Shown piece after piece: positions 18,196-29,600 of a stretch of DNA of 64,000 nucleotides. The first letter of the stretch is position 1, and every line of letters starts with the position of its first letter. This DNA is from an uncultured Gammaproteobacteria bacterium. GTDB taxonomy: Bacteria > Patescibacteriota > Microgenomatia > UBA8517. A program made the position numbers and the translations under genes. Location: positions 70,711 through 134,710 of the forward strand of contig CAZRJH010000004.1 in NCBI GenBank assembly GCA_964600575.1. Reading direction: 5' to 3'. Below the pieces are notes generated by a model that did no database searches, was not told where the DNA came from, and saw only the letters and a list, made by a program, of their open reading frames with translations.

Positions 18196-19392
18196 GTTTA
18201 CAAAATTCTTAATCTCTAAAGAGACCTTCGCAACATCCTTCTCATTCATGCTTTCATAAACAGGTAATGCAATACTATCTTTAATTGCCTTTGCTACTTG
18301 GGAATTTTTGGACCCTGTAAGGTTGTCTGCGATTTCATCCGCAAGGGCAATGTCGATTCCTTTTTTGGCAAGATATCGCCTTAATAAAAAGATATCAAAT
18401 TTGCAGTGAGCCAATATCATATAAAAAGAAGGGCTGTTTCCTCTTTGGATTTTTTGGAAAGTGACTATATTTTTAAGGTTTTGTACATATAGACCATGGA
18501 TTCTTCGGCGTTTTTCCAGTCTTTTTATAAAAGTAGGAATATTCATCCTGACAACCCGTGCATAAACTGAGGGTAAGCTGTAAAAGATCTTATCGTCTTC
18601 GCCTTGTCGGTAAGCCTTTACAAACATTCTTTGCCACTTTTTGTATCCAAATATATACATCATTAAATACCACATCGGAGTTTGAATTAGAAAATAACCC
18701 ACAAGCGCTTTCGTTATTTCGGAAAGGGTGGAAAGACTTGAGCCGTTGTTTCCTGTTGCCCTTGTCTTGATAAGCTTAATAATTTTTGTATTCCTGCCGA
18801 ATACAACGCCGCCCCTAATTCCTTGTAGCGGTTTAGAAATATCAAAACTGGAAAAGGCAATGTCTCCAAAGGTGCCGATCAACTTTCCGTTTAAAGTTGA
18901 ACCCAGTGCCTGTGCGCAGTCTTCTATTAGTAATATTTTTTTCGAACTGGCCGCCTTCTTAATCTTTTGAATATCGCAGGCAACTCCAAATAAATGTGTT
19001 GCTAGTATTGCTCCCGTGTTTTTATTGATTGCCTTACTAAGACTTTTGATATCGATTTCGTAGGTGTTGTAATCTATATCAACCGGTCGAGGAATATAAC
19101 CGGCAAGTTTTATAATCTTAGTGAGTGTTCCAAATGTATAGGCGGGTATTATCACCTCTTTACCTTTTGCTATTCCTGAGGATTCCAAAATTAGTTTCAA
19201 ACCCGACCTCCCTTGGCCAACCACTACGGGGTTGGGGAGTTTGAGATATAGTCTTAGGTCTCTCGTTAGCCTTTCCAACTCGTCATGTTTGACCGTTAAA
19301 TCAATTATTTTGTCTAAAGTTTTCGGGTGAAAGTAAGGTTTTCTTCTGGGAATCATAGTAAATTTAGTTTCTCGAGTCTTATCCTGATGCAA
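18187..19392 (-). CDS. DegT/DnrJ/EryC1/StrS-family PLP-dependent sugar aminotransferase
   Basis: 401 aa. ...IPAYTFGTLTKIIKLAGYIP...AILATHLFGVACDIQKI...LLIEDCAQALGS...FSSFDISKPL (PLP-lysine motif SxxxxK). Confidence 0.82.
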   Translation of the reverse strand: MHQDKTRETKFTMIPRRKPYFHPKTLDKIIDLTVKHDELERLTRDLRLYLKLPNPVVVGQGRSGLKLILESSGIAKGKEVIIPAYTFGTLTKIIKLAGYIPRPVDIDYNTYEIDIKSLSKAINKNTGAILATHLFGVACDIQKIKKAASSKKILLIEDCAQALGSTLNGKLIGTFGDIAFSSFDISKPLQGIRGGVVFGRNTKIIKLIKTRATGNNGSSLSTLSEITKALVGYFLIQTPMWYLMMYIFGYKKWQRMFVKAYRQGEDDKIFYSLPSVYARVVRMNIPTFIKRLEKRRRIHGLYVQNLKNIVTFQKIQRGNSPSFYMILAHCKFDIFLLRRYLAKKGIDIALADEIADNLTGSKNSQVAKAIKDSIALPVYESMNEKDVAKVSLEIKNFVNSQ

Positions 19393-20114
19393 CTAGTCAT
19401 ATACTCAACCGAGTCTCGGGCAAAATGTTTGATATATTTAGGGTTAAGGGAAATTTTTGATGTACCTTTGGTTCTGGGTTTAAAGTCGGTTTTAAACTCG
19501 TAGATCTTATCTGTCAGCTCTGAAGATGCATATATCAAATAATTAAAAAAACTAAATCCTTTGGGGAACCTTGAGAAGTCTAACTTTTTAACAACATTGT
19601 TAACATTTAGAGCCTTATAGGCGCTGTTGTGATCTTCTACCAGAGTAACACCTGCAACTATTTTTGCAAATAAGTCATTTGCTAAAAAATGAATCAGTAG
19701 TCTGTATTTTGGCCAGGATGATAGATTGGTTATACGTCTACTACCTGCAACCACATCCCATCCTGAGTCCAGTTTTTTAAGTATTTTGGGAATTTCCTTT
19801 GGACTATAAGAAAAGTCTGCTTCGTTTGTAACAACATAGTCTGCACTTAACTTTTTTTGAGCATAGACGAGACCTCTAATCACTGCTGCCCCCAGACCTT
19901 CTTTTTTACCTGAAAGAAGGATTATTTTGCGGTTTTTGGATGATATTTTTTTTACAATATCGCCGGTTCCGTCGGGGGATGTGTCGTCTACAACCAGAAT
20001 TTTATATTCGTATTTGGTTAACTTTTTAAATATTGAGTCTACAAGAGCTAGCATATCCTTAATGTTTTCCGACTCGTTGTAAGTGGGGATTATATATACG
20101 ACTCTTTTTTTCAT
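19353..20114 (-). CDS. Family 2 glycosyltransferase (Dpm1/polyprenyl-phosphate sugar synthase-like)
   Basis: 253 aa. VYIIPTYNESENI...YKILVVDDTSPDGTGDIV...GKKEGLGAAVIRGL, the classic GT2-A DxD architecture. Confidence 0.88.
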   Translation of the reverse strand: MKKRVVYIIPTYNESENIKDMLALVDSIFKKLTKYEYKILVVDDTSPDGTGDIVKKISSKNRKIILLSGKKEGLGAAVIRGLVYAQKKLSADYVVTNEADFSYSPKEIPKILKKLDSGWDVVAGSRRITNLSSWPKYRLLIHFLANDLFAKIVAGVTLVEDHNSAYKALNVNNVVKKLDFSRFPKGFSFFNYLIYASSELTDKIYEFKTDFKPRTKGTSKISLNPKYIKHFARDSVEYMTSCIRIRLEKLNLL

Positions 20115-20497
20115 TGTGGTGTGTATGGGCCTTGTTTTATTTCTAGTATTCTTGTTTGTTTACTGAATGTTACAGAATGAATTACTTCCATAATTAAAAC
20201 CCCGTCATTCTTTTTTAGAATATGTTTAGATATCATCTTTTTATCTTTAGAATAAAAAGTTATTTTAAGGCTTCCTTTAAGGATTATCAAAATTTCGTAC
20301 ACAGGCAATCTATTAAGTGTTTTTATGGCTTTATGAAAATGCGGTTCGTTGCTCTTCGCGGCGGTTGATTTGTGGAACCCTAGTTGTAAAAAAGATTCGA
20401 TTGGTGTTAAAAAATATGAATTTTGTTTATCCGGAAACCCTCTAAATATTAGCGCAATTTTCTTTTTTTTGTGTAAGACAACCTCTTCTTTATACAT
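20111..20497 (-). CDS. Small cupin-fold protein, WxcM/FdtA-like sugar ketoisomerase candidate
   Basis: 128 aa. HFHKAIKTL...EILIILKGS resembles the HAHK...CLNGS core of FdtA/WxcM-type cupins. The match is weak. Confidence 0.45.
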   Translation of the reverse strand: MYKEEVVLHKKKKIALIFRGFPDKQNSYFLTPIESFLQLGFHKSTAAKSNEPHFHKAIKTLNRLPVYEILIILKGSLKITFYSKDKKMISKHILKKNDGVLIMEVIHSVTFSKQTRILEIKQGPYTPQ

Positions 20498-20514
20498 TCA
20501 AGCTGAATTATATA

Positions 20515-21240
20515 TTAATTTTTTTGAGCCAAGACTATTACTGATGTGCCAAATGGAAAGTTGATATATTTAAACAAATAGGCCTCCAAGTTGATAATCC
20601 ACAAGAATATTGTATTTATAATTTTGTTTGTTTCGAATACATCAGAGGTTTCGGATTTAAACAGATTGTCTAATATTCTCCTTTTTAATAGTACTACAGG
20701 GAATAGTGACATAAAGATATAACTGGACCTTACTATCTTAAAGTTTTGAGAAAGAATTATTTTTTCCATATCACTTTTTGTATAGCGTGCTTTTCCTTGA
20801 GTTGCTATGTCGTGGTTTCCTGCAAGAAAGGGGAATGCGGAGTCGGTTATTAAAAGATATCCTTCTCTTTTTAGTACCTTAAATGCATTTTTAATTACCG
20901 TTCGCTCATCACTTATATTTTTATGATAAAGAACATCAAAAATTGTTATTAGGTCAAACTTCGGTTTTTTAAAAGGAATTCTGTCAACCGAACTTATGAG
21001 TACTTTTAATCCTCTTTTTCTTGCTAAATTAGCCGAATATCGGGATTTTTCTATACCTGTAACATTCCCAAACCTTGTAAGATGTTTAGTTAAGCCACCA
21101 GTACCCGAGCCTAAATCTAAAATTTTTGCGTCTTTTTTGACTAAATCGGAAAGTATTTGATTTATAAAAAACCTTTTACCGATGAACCAGAAATGTTTGT
21201 CTTCTACCCTGGCCATCATTTCGTATTCTCTTTTTTTCAT
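20515..21240 (-). CDS. Class I SAM-dependent methyltransferase
   Basis: 241 aa. Motif I ILDLGSGTGGLTKHL, motif II/post-I LITIFDVLYH, motif III REGYLLITD. Confidence 0.85.
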   Translation of the reverse strand: MKKREYEMMARVEDKHFWFIGKRFFINQILSDLVKKDAKILDLGSGTGGLTKHLTRFGNVTGIEKSRYSANLARKRGLKVLISSVDRIPFKKPKFDLITIFDVLYHKNISDERTVIKNAFKVLKREGYLLITDSAFPFLAGNHDIATQGKARYTKSDMEKIILSQNFKIVRSSYIFMSLFPVVLLKRRILDNLFKSETSDVFETNKIINTIFLWIINLEAYLFKYINFPFGTSVIVLAQKN

Positions 21241-21346
21241 AGTTAAAATTATATCATTAGCCTCAGTTTGTGTATTTTTTATATATAATAAGTCCGATAA
21301 TAAGCCTAAATATTTTTATTATGGATAAAATATTTGTTTATTTTTA

Positions 21347-22303
21347 TTATTGACATCCCTGAGGCCCTGTTGAAACTGCAGTGCATCTGTATCGGCTGTC
21401 GGGGCTTTCGCCACAGTCGCCGCAACCTTCCTCGTGCCATGTTTGAGTTATACAGACAGCACCAGTTTGTCCGCAGGAAAATGTAGCTCCCGGGTAATAG
21501 TTGATGTTGTTGGATCTGCATGCCGCGTTATTGTTTTTACAACTTCCTGTACCGTGCTGACCGGTCCATGTTGTTAGGTTGGGAGAGTAGTTATAAATAG
21601 TGCCACACTTTGACGAAGCTGCATTGCAATTATAATCAAAACTTCCGTCGCCTCTATTTGCACCCCCGCAATATGTGGACCCGGGTTTTGCATTAGCATT
21701 ACTGTCGTAGCAGTCGGTATTGTTTGCTACATACCCTGCGGGTTGACCACAGTTTAAAAGGCTGGAGGAGGGATTTCCATATCCGTCGGCATCAACATCT
21801 CTATACCAGATGGATGATACGCAACAAACATTGTTTTCTCTAAAATCGTTTACATCGTTACAATCAGAGGCCGAATATGATTTCATTAAAGATAATCTTC
21901 GTTTGCCTGAACCTGTTGCATCAAAAAGTGTAAAATTTGCCGGCCAACCGTCTGCATCAGAGTCTGCAATAAAAATAGGTGAAGAAGTTTTTACTAATCC
22001 GCCGTTTTGGATTGCCACATTGCCACCCGAAAACAAAATTGAACCTGCTAAAAGTTTTCCGGTTGAGTTGATAGTTATTGAGCCCGGAGAGGTGATCGTT
22101 AATATTCCCGAGTTTGATGTAGATGTTTCGGAGATGTCTGCATCTATTCCGTCAACTGCGGATACGGTACAGGTTGAATTCCAGGTAACATTTTTTGTTT
22201 GAACGGTCATGGAGGAGTAAAAGTTGCATGCAGCCAATGTGCTTTTTGCGGATAGTAAAGTTAGCAAGACAAAAAACAAACCTAAAGCAAGAATTTTTTT
22301 CAT
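21347..22303 (-). CDS. Secreted Cys/Asp-rich protein with Ca-binding-like DxDxDG motifs
   Basis: 318 aa. Signal peptide MKKILALGLFFVLLTLLSAKSTLA. DADGWP and DVDADGYGNP resemble thrombospondin type-3 / dockerin-like loops. The C-terminal ~150 aa contains about 16 Cys. Confidence 0.6.
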   Translation of the reverse strand: MKKILALGLFFVLLTLLSAKSTLAACNFYSSMTVQTKNVTWNSTCTVSAVDGIDADISETSTSNSGILTITSPGSITINSTGKLLAGSILFSGGNVAIQNGGLVKTSSPIFIADSDADGWPANFTLFDATGSGKRRLSLMKSYSASDCNDVNDFRENNVCCVSSIWYRDVDADGYGNPSSSLLNCGQPAGYVANNTDCYDSNANAKPGSTYCGGANRGDGSFDYNCNAASSKCGTIYNYSPNLTTWTGQHGTGSCKNNNAACRSNNINYYPGATFSCGQTGAVCITQTWHEEGCGDCGESPDSRYRCTAVSTGPQGCQ

Positions 22304-22373
22304 TTTAAAAAATTCAATATATCGAATATACGAATATGTTAATATTTCAAGTTAAACCTTGGAGGAAGCCAAG

Positions 22374-23612
22374 TCAATAGTTTTGTGTATTGTAACCGTC
22401 GACTTTGTAAGTTTTGTCTGATGCAATGTTTTTTTGGTTTGAACTGATTTTCGGGCATTGCACATTCAGACAGACCAAAAAGACTTTATCTGGATTTTGG
22501 ACAATTTCGGAAAAAGACTCGGTGCTAAAGTTATCTATTCGAGTAAATTTCCGGCCTGTATGTTTTTCAATCTGGGCCCATAAACCGGCCTCAATAAGAG
22601 TATTTCTTTTGTTATCTTTTAAAACTAGCATTTGAAAACTCGTTGCTTCTGAATTCAACACTATATTTTCGGAAATATCCCAGATTTTTCCTTGTGAAAT
22701 AAAATTGTAATCAAGAAATGCCCCTTTGCTTATCAATAGAATAAAGATAGGTATTATTAATATTTTTCCCAAGGCTGTTAAATTTGATCTTGTGAGTATT
22801 CCGACTGAAATTGTAATAATTAAAAAATTAAAAGCAGTTAAATATCGTAAAAACCCTCCCGTGTCATTTAGACTACCTGAGTTGAACGCGACGAATTCTG
22901 ACTCCGATTTTAAAAAATCCAACATGACGGGGTAATAACAAATCGTTAATAGTAGAGCGGATGCCAGTAAGCATCGGAGAATAGATTTTTCTTTCTTAAT
23001 AAGCAAAAAAAGAAAATATAGGCCAAGATACAAGTATCCTGCATTGTAGATGATGCCCGCAGTCGTCAAAGACAAAGTAGCGACTATATGAAAGTACTGG
23101 TTGGCTTCCTTTTTTGTACCTAAAAGTAAACCAAAAAATATTAATGGCAAATTTAAGTAGGATCCCCAGTAGGCTGAGGCAATGTCAAGAAAAAATCTGG
23201 ATTCGACTAAGGAAAATATTGAAACAAGACTGCCAAAGTAGCCGAATTTATTTTTTAGAATTAAAAAAAGTAAAAACAGTGAGTAAGACAGTATTAAAAT
23301 GTTAGCAACAAAGAATATTCGAATATCGTCCCAAAGCCTAACTAAATATGAGCACAAATAGAAATAAATTGGGCTCGATAATCTGGTATTGGTAAAATTG
23401 GAAGGCGGGCCTCTGGCAATTTTTTCTTCTGAAAAAGCTAGATGACGACCAACCAAGTAGTCGCGCCAAGTATCTTCGCGGATTGTATCAAAATCGTTTA
23501 TATAAGTTGCAAAAATCGAAGATATTCTTGTAACTATTAATAGAGCCAACAAAATAGGCAAAATCCGGAGCAGGATTTTGATTATTTGTTTCATTCCGTT
23601 TGTACTATCCAC
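22374..23612 (-). CDS. Polytopic membrane protein (≥8 TM) with C-terminal soluble domain; function unknown
   Basis: 412 aa, strongly hydrophobic over residues 1-300. Its 5' end overlaps the 3' end of the giant gene by 22 nt. Confidence 0.6.
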   Translation of the reverse strand: MDSTNGMKQIIKILLRILPILLALLIVTRISSIFATYINDFDTIREDTWRDYLVGRHLAFSEEKIARGPPSNFTNTRLSSPIYFYLCSYLVRLWDDIRIFFVANILILSYSLFLLFLILKNKFGYFGSLVSIFSLVESRFFLDIASAYWGSYLNLPLIFFGLLLGTKKEANQYFHIVATLSLTTAGIIYNAGYLYLGLYFLFLLIKKEKSILRCLLASALLLTICYYPVMLDFLKSESEFVAFNSGSLNDTGGFLRYLTAFNFLIITISVGILTRSNLTALGKILIIPIFILLISKGAFLDYNFISQGKIWDISENIVLNSEATSFQMLVLKDNKRNTLIEAGLWAQIEKHTGRKFTRIDNFSTESFSEIVQNPDKVFLVCLNVQCPKISSNQKNIASDKTYKVDGYNTQNY

Positions 23613-26600
23613 CAGTTAAAGTTGGTGTCTTCCTGGATCGGGCTTGTGAATCCTACTTTAAAGTATCCGTTGCTCTTCTCTTTTACATAAAGAACATTGT
23701 TCAAGGTGTTCGAAGTAGGAGTGATATATACAAATGTATAGTCGTTAACTTTGGGATTTCGGATTGTTATGTCTGTGGTCCCGCCCGGAAGAACGCCTTT
23801 GCCTACGGTGGAATTTGTGCTTATCTCACCGTTAACTACGGCTGAGCTTGTTGCATCTTGGGCCCCTGCAACTATTATTTGCGAAACATTAACCGAGTTA
23901 AATGTTGCGCTCCCGGAAGCGTCAATTGTAGAAACCGAGTTTCCGGTTGTGTCTTTGATAGCGAGTGTAGATGTCGAAACTGTTCCGGCTACATCCAAAT
24001 TGCCAGCGATACTTACATTTCCGTTTGTGTCAATGTTAACTAAGCCTCCCATTATTTCCACCGGGGCCAAAGCCAAATCTTGAATCTTAAGAGGCTCGGA
24101 TAGTGTGTCGATTCCTGATGCTGCAATCACCAAATCGTTTCCGATTGTTATTGTTTGCGTAACCGAAAGGGAATTAACCGCTGCTTGATTGGTAACATAT
24201 AGATCCGATACCGCAATCTGTCCGAAAGATGCAGAGGATGTTGCTGTCTGTGTGTTCCAGCTTTGCGATTCAGACAAAAGAACTTGATCTGCCTGAACCT
24301 GGGTTAAAATATCTCTTATCTGGTCGAGGTTGTCGGAATGAATGTTTCTTGCATAAAGTTCACCCGAGAAAGTTGCGTCTCCTGTTGAGGATATGGATGC
24401 AACTTCGGTTCCTTCGATGTTTGTTATGGCCAACTCTCCACTTTCTGTTGCACTGCCCAGCTGAATCGTAATATCTGTTTCCTCTGCAAGCGGGGAAATA
24501 AGTTTGGTTTTAAAATCAGGTGCAACTAGCTTCATAGAAATCAAAGCATTCTCTGCCGCAATTTGTGTCGCCTTCAAACTGTCGGTTGCAATTTCCTGAG
24601 CTTGGAGTGCGCCTGTTTTAATGTTGGCTGCTACAAAATTACCAACAGCTTCTATTCCTGCAACAACTTGTCCGCTTGCATCCTTAACAACATAGGTTGC
24701 AATCTGTGCTCCGTCTGCGACCTTTTCTGTCACAAAGTCGGTTAAGGCTGTTACTTGCAAGTTTTCTGCGAAGTTGGTTACAACATCTGCACTATTAATT
24801 ATAAAACCGACAGCTTCGCTTTCTCTTGTATTCAACCAGTTTTCTGCATCAAACCTTGGGCCTGTTAGTCTGTATGAGATTTGTGCAGGTAGGGCAGAGT
24901 AAATATTTAGTCTTCTGTTTTCTGAATCAACTTGATACCAAACTTTTGTCGGGAAGTTGGGAGTCAAAAGTGCCACAAGTTTATCGATATTTTCGTTTAT
25001 ATTTGTTGTTTTTCCGAATAGCCATAGATCACTTCCTTCGGGTTGAGCATTAAAGTCGATTGATGTTCTGTAACCGATTCCCGGGATATATTCTGAAGTC
25101 GCGAGAGATCCGGTTACTTCTTCTTTTACTCCAACCAAACCTCCCATGTATGTTGCATATTTTTTACCGTTGATTGTGTATGGAGGGTCGACGGTACCGA
25201 CATCAATTTTGCCCGTTCCGCCGCCTACGGTAAGATCCGTACCCGAATTGTCACCCAAGGTGACATCGCCGTTATTGGCAACTCTGAATTTAAGTACGCC
25301 GGATGCCGAAGCGACTATCAAATCTCCGCCTTTGGCATTGTTAACGGCCAATGCTGGTTCACCAACGTTTGCCTGGTTATCAATTATCCAGCTTCCCGCT
25401 GACAAAGTGTTCTCCAGAGCGGAAGTTGTTGCACAGGCGGCGCCGGATTGACCGGTACAAAGTAGTATAGATGCTGTTCCATTGGTATTGGATATGTTTT
25501 TGCCGTCTAGATAAAGTATACCGTCAACTTCCAAGTCTTCATTTATAAGAACGTCACCAGCGCTGGCTAGTGCGTGGTCGCTTGTGATATCGGAAGTTGC
25601 AAATCTTGAGAAGGTTCTGGTTGTTAAGCCGGTAACACTACCCACAAGCAGATTTTTTGTTACACCCAGAACACCTGCAGTTCCCGCATCGTAAAGCTGG
25701 GCTAGGGTGTTGGTTCCGTCGTTGAGTGTCAATGTTCCGCCGTCTCCAATTGTAACCAGGGGAGTAGTATCAACAAATTGGAGGTCTGTATCCCAACCCG
25801 ACCCGATTATGAATGCCGTTTCTGTACCTGCCCCAGCGCCTGAAAGGTTGGCGATATTTACACCGTATTCTGTTATTCCGCTCCCTGCAGATGTGGGGTT
25901 AACTTTGAATCCGGAAACCTGACAGGTGCCCCCAGAACATCCGGTTAGTGTGGGGGCTGCAACATTAAACATATTGAATTCTTTTGTTCCTGTTGCTCCT
26001 GTTGTGTTCAATGTGCCCGTAATATTTATGCCGTTAACGATTGAGTTGCCGGATGTATTGGAGGAAGTGTTGCTTAAGGCGAGGTTCACAAGTGATCCGG
26101 TTGCTGCTGTTGTCTCGGTGTATATTGCCGAGTTGATATCAATTACATTACCGGTAGTTAGTGCGTTACTGGCAACGATATTCATAAAGTCTCCGGTGGT
26201 TAGATTTGCAGAATCGGTATATGTCATGGCGTTGGCAGTTGTTGACGGGCCAAAGTAGTTGTAAGTAAAGTTGCCGTTACTATCAACAGACATTGCTGGT
26301 GTTTGGATTGTTTCACCGGTTGTTGAGTTTGTGGTGTTGTTGTAGGTGTTGTATACCTGGAAGACATTGTTAACTGTCATTGCATTTTTAACCGCAGTCG
26401 GACTGGTGAGTGTGGCCAAGGTGGAGTAGAGAGATGAATTGGAAGTTTCCATCCAATTTTGTGTTACGGCAGAACCGTTTTCTCCTGTTATAGAAAGTGT
26501 AGCTTTTGTTCCACATTCATCTGAGCCCGAGTTGTAGGCGATACAAGCAGATCCGGAAATGGATATAGACGATACATCGTTTGATGAGTATTGAGTATTG

Positions 26601-29600
26601 GTGTCAGTAGTCTTTGTTGTATTAGCCGTGCCGTCGTAGAGATCAATTGCTGAATCGCTATCAACCCCAATCACTGTAACTCCACCGGTATTTGTGGTTG
26701 CGTCGTTTATACCTACGTAAATTGCACGGTTACTATTGTCCAAGGTTACTGCAGTAACCTTGTTAGATGTGGTTGTACCCCCAGATGCGTTACCCATCAA
26801 TCTTTGATAGTTATCAACTCCTGTCACTCCTGCTATGCGGGAGGCCGTGTGGTTAAGTAGTGCTCTGGAACCTACCTGGTACATTCTTTTTACTTGGCTT
26901 ATCGATAATGCTTCTGCTGTTATAGACATATCGTCCAAATCTCCATTCCAGAAATTTGCACCTGTTGCACAGGCGGCTCCTGTTGAACAATCTGCGCCAA
27001 CTCCCATTATTACTCCAGTGCCTGTTAAAGTTCCCGTTGCGGTTAACGATACATCAGAGGCCGCAAGTTGTCCGTCGATATAAAGTGAAATTGAACTTGT
27101 GCCATTTTTTACAGCTACCAAATGGTGCCAGGTGTTATCCAAATAGGTTGTTGTGGTTGTAGCTTGGTCGTCTGTGGGATCGGCATTGGTCCATGTAGCA
27201 TCATCATCGATGCCAAATGAGATTGTACCTGTAGAGTTCATCCAAACTTTCCAACCTAAAACCGCAGCCGGGGTGGTGTTATAAGTGTGATCGATTATTA
27301 CATCGTCGTTGGGTGCTGCCGGGGGAGCAGAAACTGAATGCTTAAACCAGGTTGATACAGAGAAAGAACCTGTTCCAAAGTCGTAATCGCTGTCTGTGTC
27401 GCAGGTGTTGTCGTTGTTGGCATCGGAACAGAAGAAATCATCGGTGTTATCAAGCGTAACACCTGTTCCGCGGACACCCGAACCGTATGTGAATCCTGTT
27501 CCGTTGGCGTTGTCTGCATCTAAAACATTTCCCTTTACGGAAATATCTGTAGCATTGGCGTTGTCTGCAATTGATCCGCTTCCGTTGAAAGGCCACATTG
27601 CTCTAACATCTCCCGTCATGTCATCGCCTATATAATCCTTTGTGTAGTATTTTGCAGAACCGTTGCTTTCGTCTCCTTTTTTGTCGTTAACAACAGACAA
27701 ACTTCCGGTTGTATCGTTGGTTGCTGATGCAACATAGATGGTGTCTGATTTACCGTCAACTGCGGATGTTCCTGTTGCTACAAAAAGTGCATCCGGAGCA
27801 ACATTTATTATTTGTGCTGAAGAGAATAAATAAGGACCGGCGACAGCAGCTGCACCTGCGATTTTTACCCCCGTTTCGTCCCAGGCAACATCGGGGGTTC
27901 CGTTTAATTCGCTTCCGGAGTCCGTTACAACAGAGTTCCATCTTTCCAGCTGTCTTGATGTACCGTTTAATGCGTACAAGTCTCCGCTGGTGCTAAAGAA
28001 TGTGCTTTGGTACACATCGCTTGTTACATCTGAGTAGCTGTAAACAGTATTAGTTGTTTCGTTAATTACAGAGACCCCAGTGTTATTTGCTACTGCGACA
28101 AATGTTTTGCCGTTGAAAGTGATTGCATGGATGTCTTCTACCGTGCCGTTAGATATGGGGGAGGACGGGCCTGTTGTCCAGGCAACGGTTGAATTTCTGT
28201 TTGCAATGTTTTTGTCGCCAAAGTAATCGTCGGTAGCGTTGTATCTTTGAGCTCTATCGTTTTTGAAATCTATAACATAGAGTCCGCCAGAACCGCCGTT
28301 GTTTCCAAGATAAACTTTACCGTTAAGGGCAAAGATTGAAGAACCAGTGGATCCTGTCGAAGGCCCGATCATTTGTTCGGTTGCTCCCGAGCCCTTGGCA
28401 AACTCCATCCACATTGTGTTGTCTTTGGCATCAAAAATATACAAGCGTGAGCCGGAGACGGTTAATATTGCCTTTTGGGGGAATTCTCGTTTTCCGCATC
28501 GGTCGTCGCTGTCTAAAGTACATGCAGTTCCGATAGCTTGATCTATCGTTTCGTTATACCAAGATGATGTTTTGGCGCGTTCATCGTTTGTCCATATACC
28601 GCCATCTGTATCTTTAGTTGTGTCATAAACATATGTGTTAACTGCGGTTGTTGTAATTGCTTTTTCGTCTTTCTGGCCTGCAATGTTCTCGTCTGAGTTT
28701 GTCCAGGCAAATCCTGTCCTGTTTGCATCACTTGCTAAAGCCAAGAAGTTACCGGATGTGAGAGATGTGCCTGAAACATCAATTATGTTTTGCGTAGTTG
28801 CTCCGCTATTTACATTTACAGTTGTTGCAACTGCGGTATTTCCGACATTTACTGTATCCGCAGAAGTTCCGCCTGTGGCTATATTTATTGTGTCGGCTCC
28901 TGTACCTGTTGCAATGTTTAATGCATTCCCGCCGTTACCAGTGCCAAGATTTATCGCTGTATAAGCGGAGTTACCTGTGCCCAAATTAAGGGCGGTTGTC
29001 GCAGCTCCACCCAAAGACAAAGTTGTTGCATTTGTATTGAATATAGTGGCGGGACCCGATCCTGTTGTGGTTATGTCGCTTCCGTTTACTGCAGCATCAC
29101 CGTTGGCTGTTATGTTTCCCGAAGCGTCAACTACAAACATTGTTGCAAGAGAGTTGGTTGCATAGATAAAGTTACCTGTGAACGAACCTCCGCCTGTATT
29201 GTCAAAATCAAAGAATAAACCGTTTCCTGTAAAGTTTTGTGGACCGGATTCTCCCAACTTGATTATATTACCCGAAGTTATGGCGGAAGCTGTTGCCTCG
29301 AATAGATTGCCTGTTGTTATAACGGTTGAGTTGATCTTTGCTATATCACCGATCGCATTCTCAATCCCGAATACTTGGAATGCGGAATTGGTCGCCGTTC
29401 CGCCGATTGCCAAATCATAAGTTGAGTTGGCAGGGGAGAGAATTTTGTTTTGCAATTGCCACCAACCTTGAGTTCCCGTTGTTGCTGTTGTTGTGATAGC
29501 ACCCGAACATGTAAGGTTGCCGTTGGCGCCGTCCATGGTACAACCTGTATCACCACTACCACCCTCGAATAGTATAGAAGCTGTTCCGCTTCCTGTTGGG

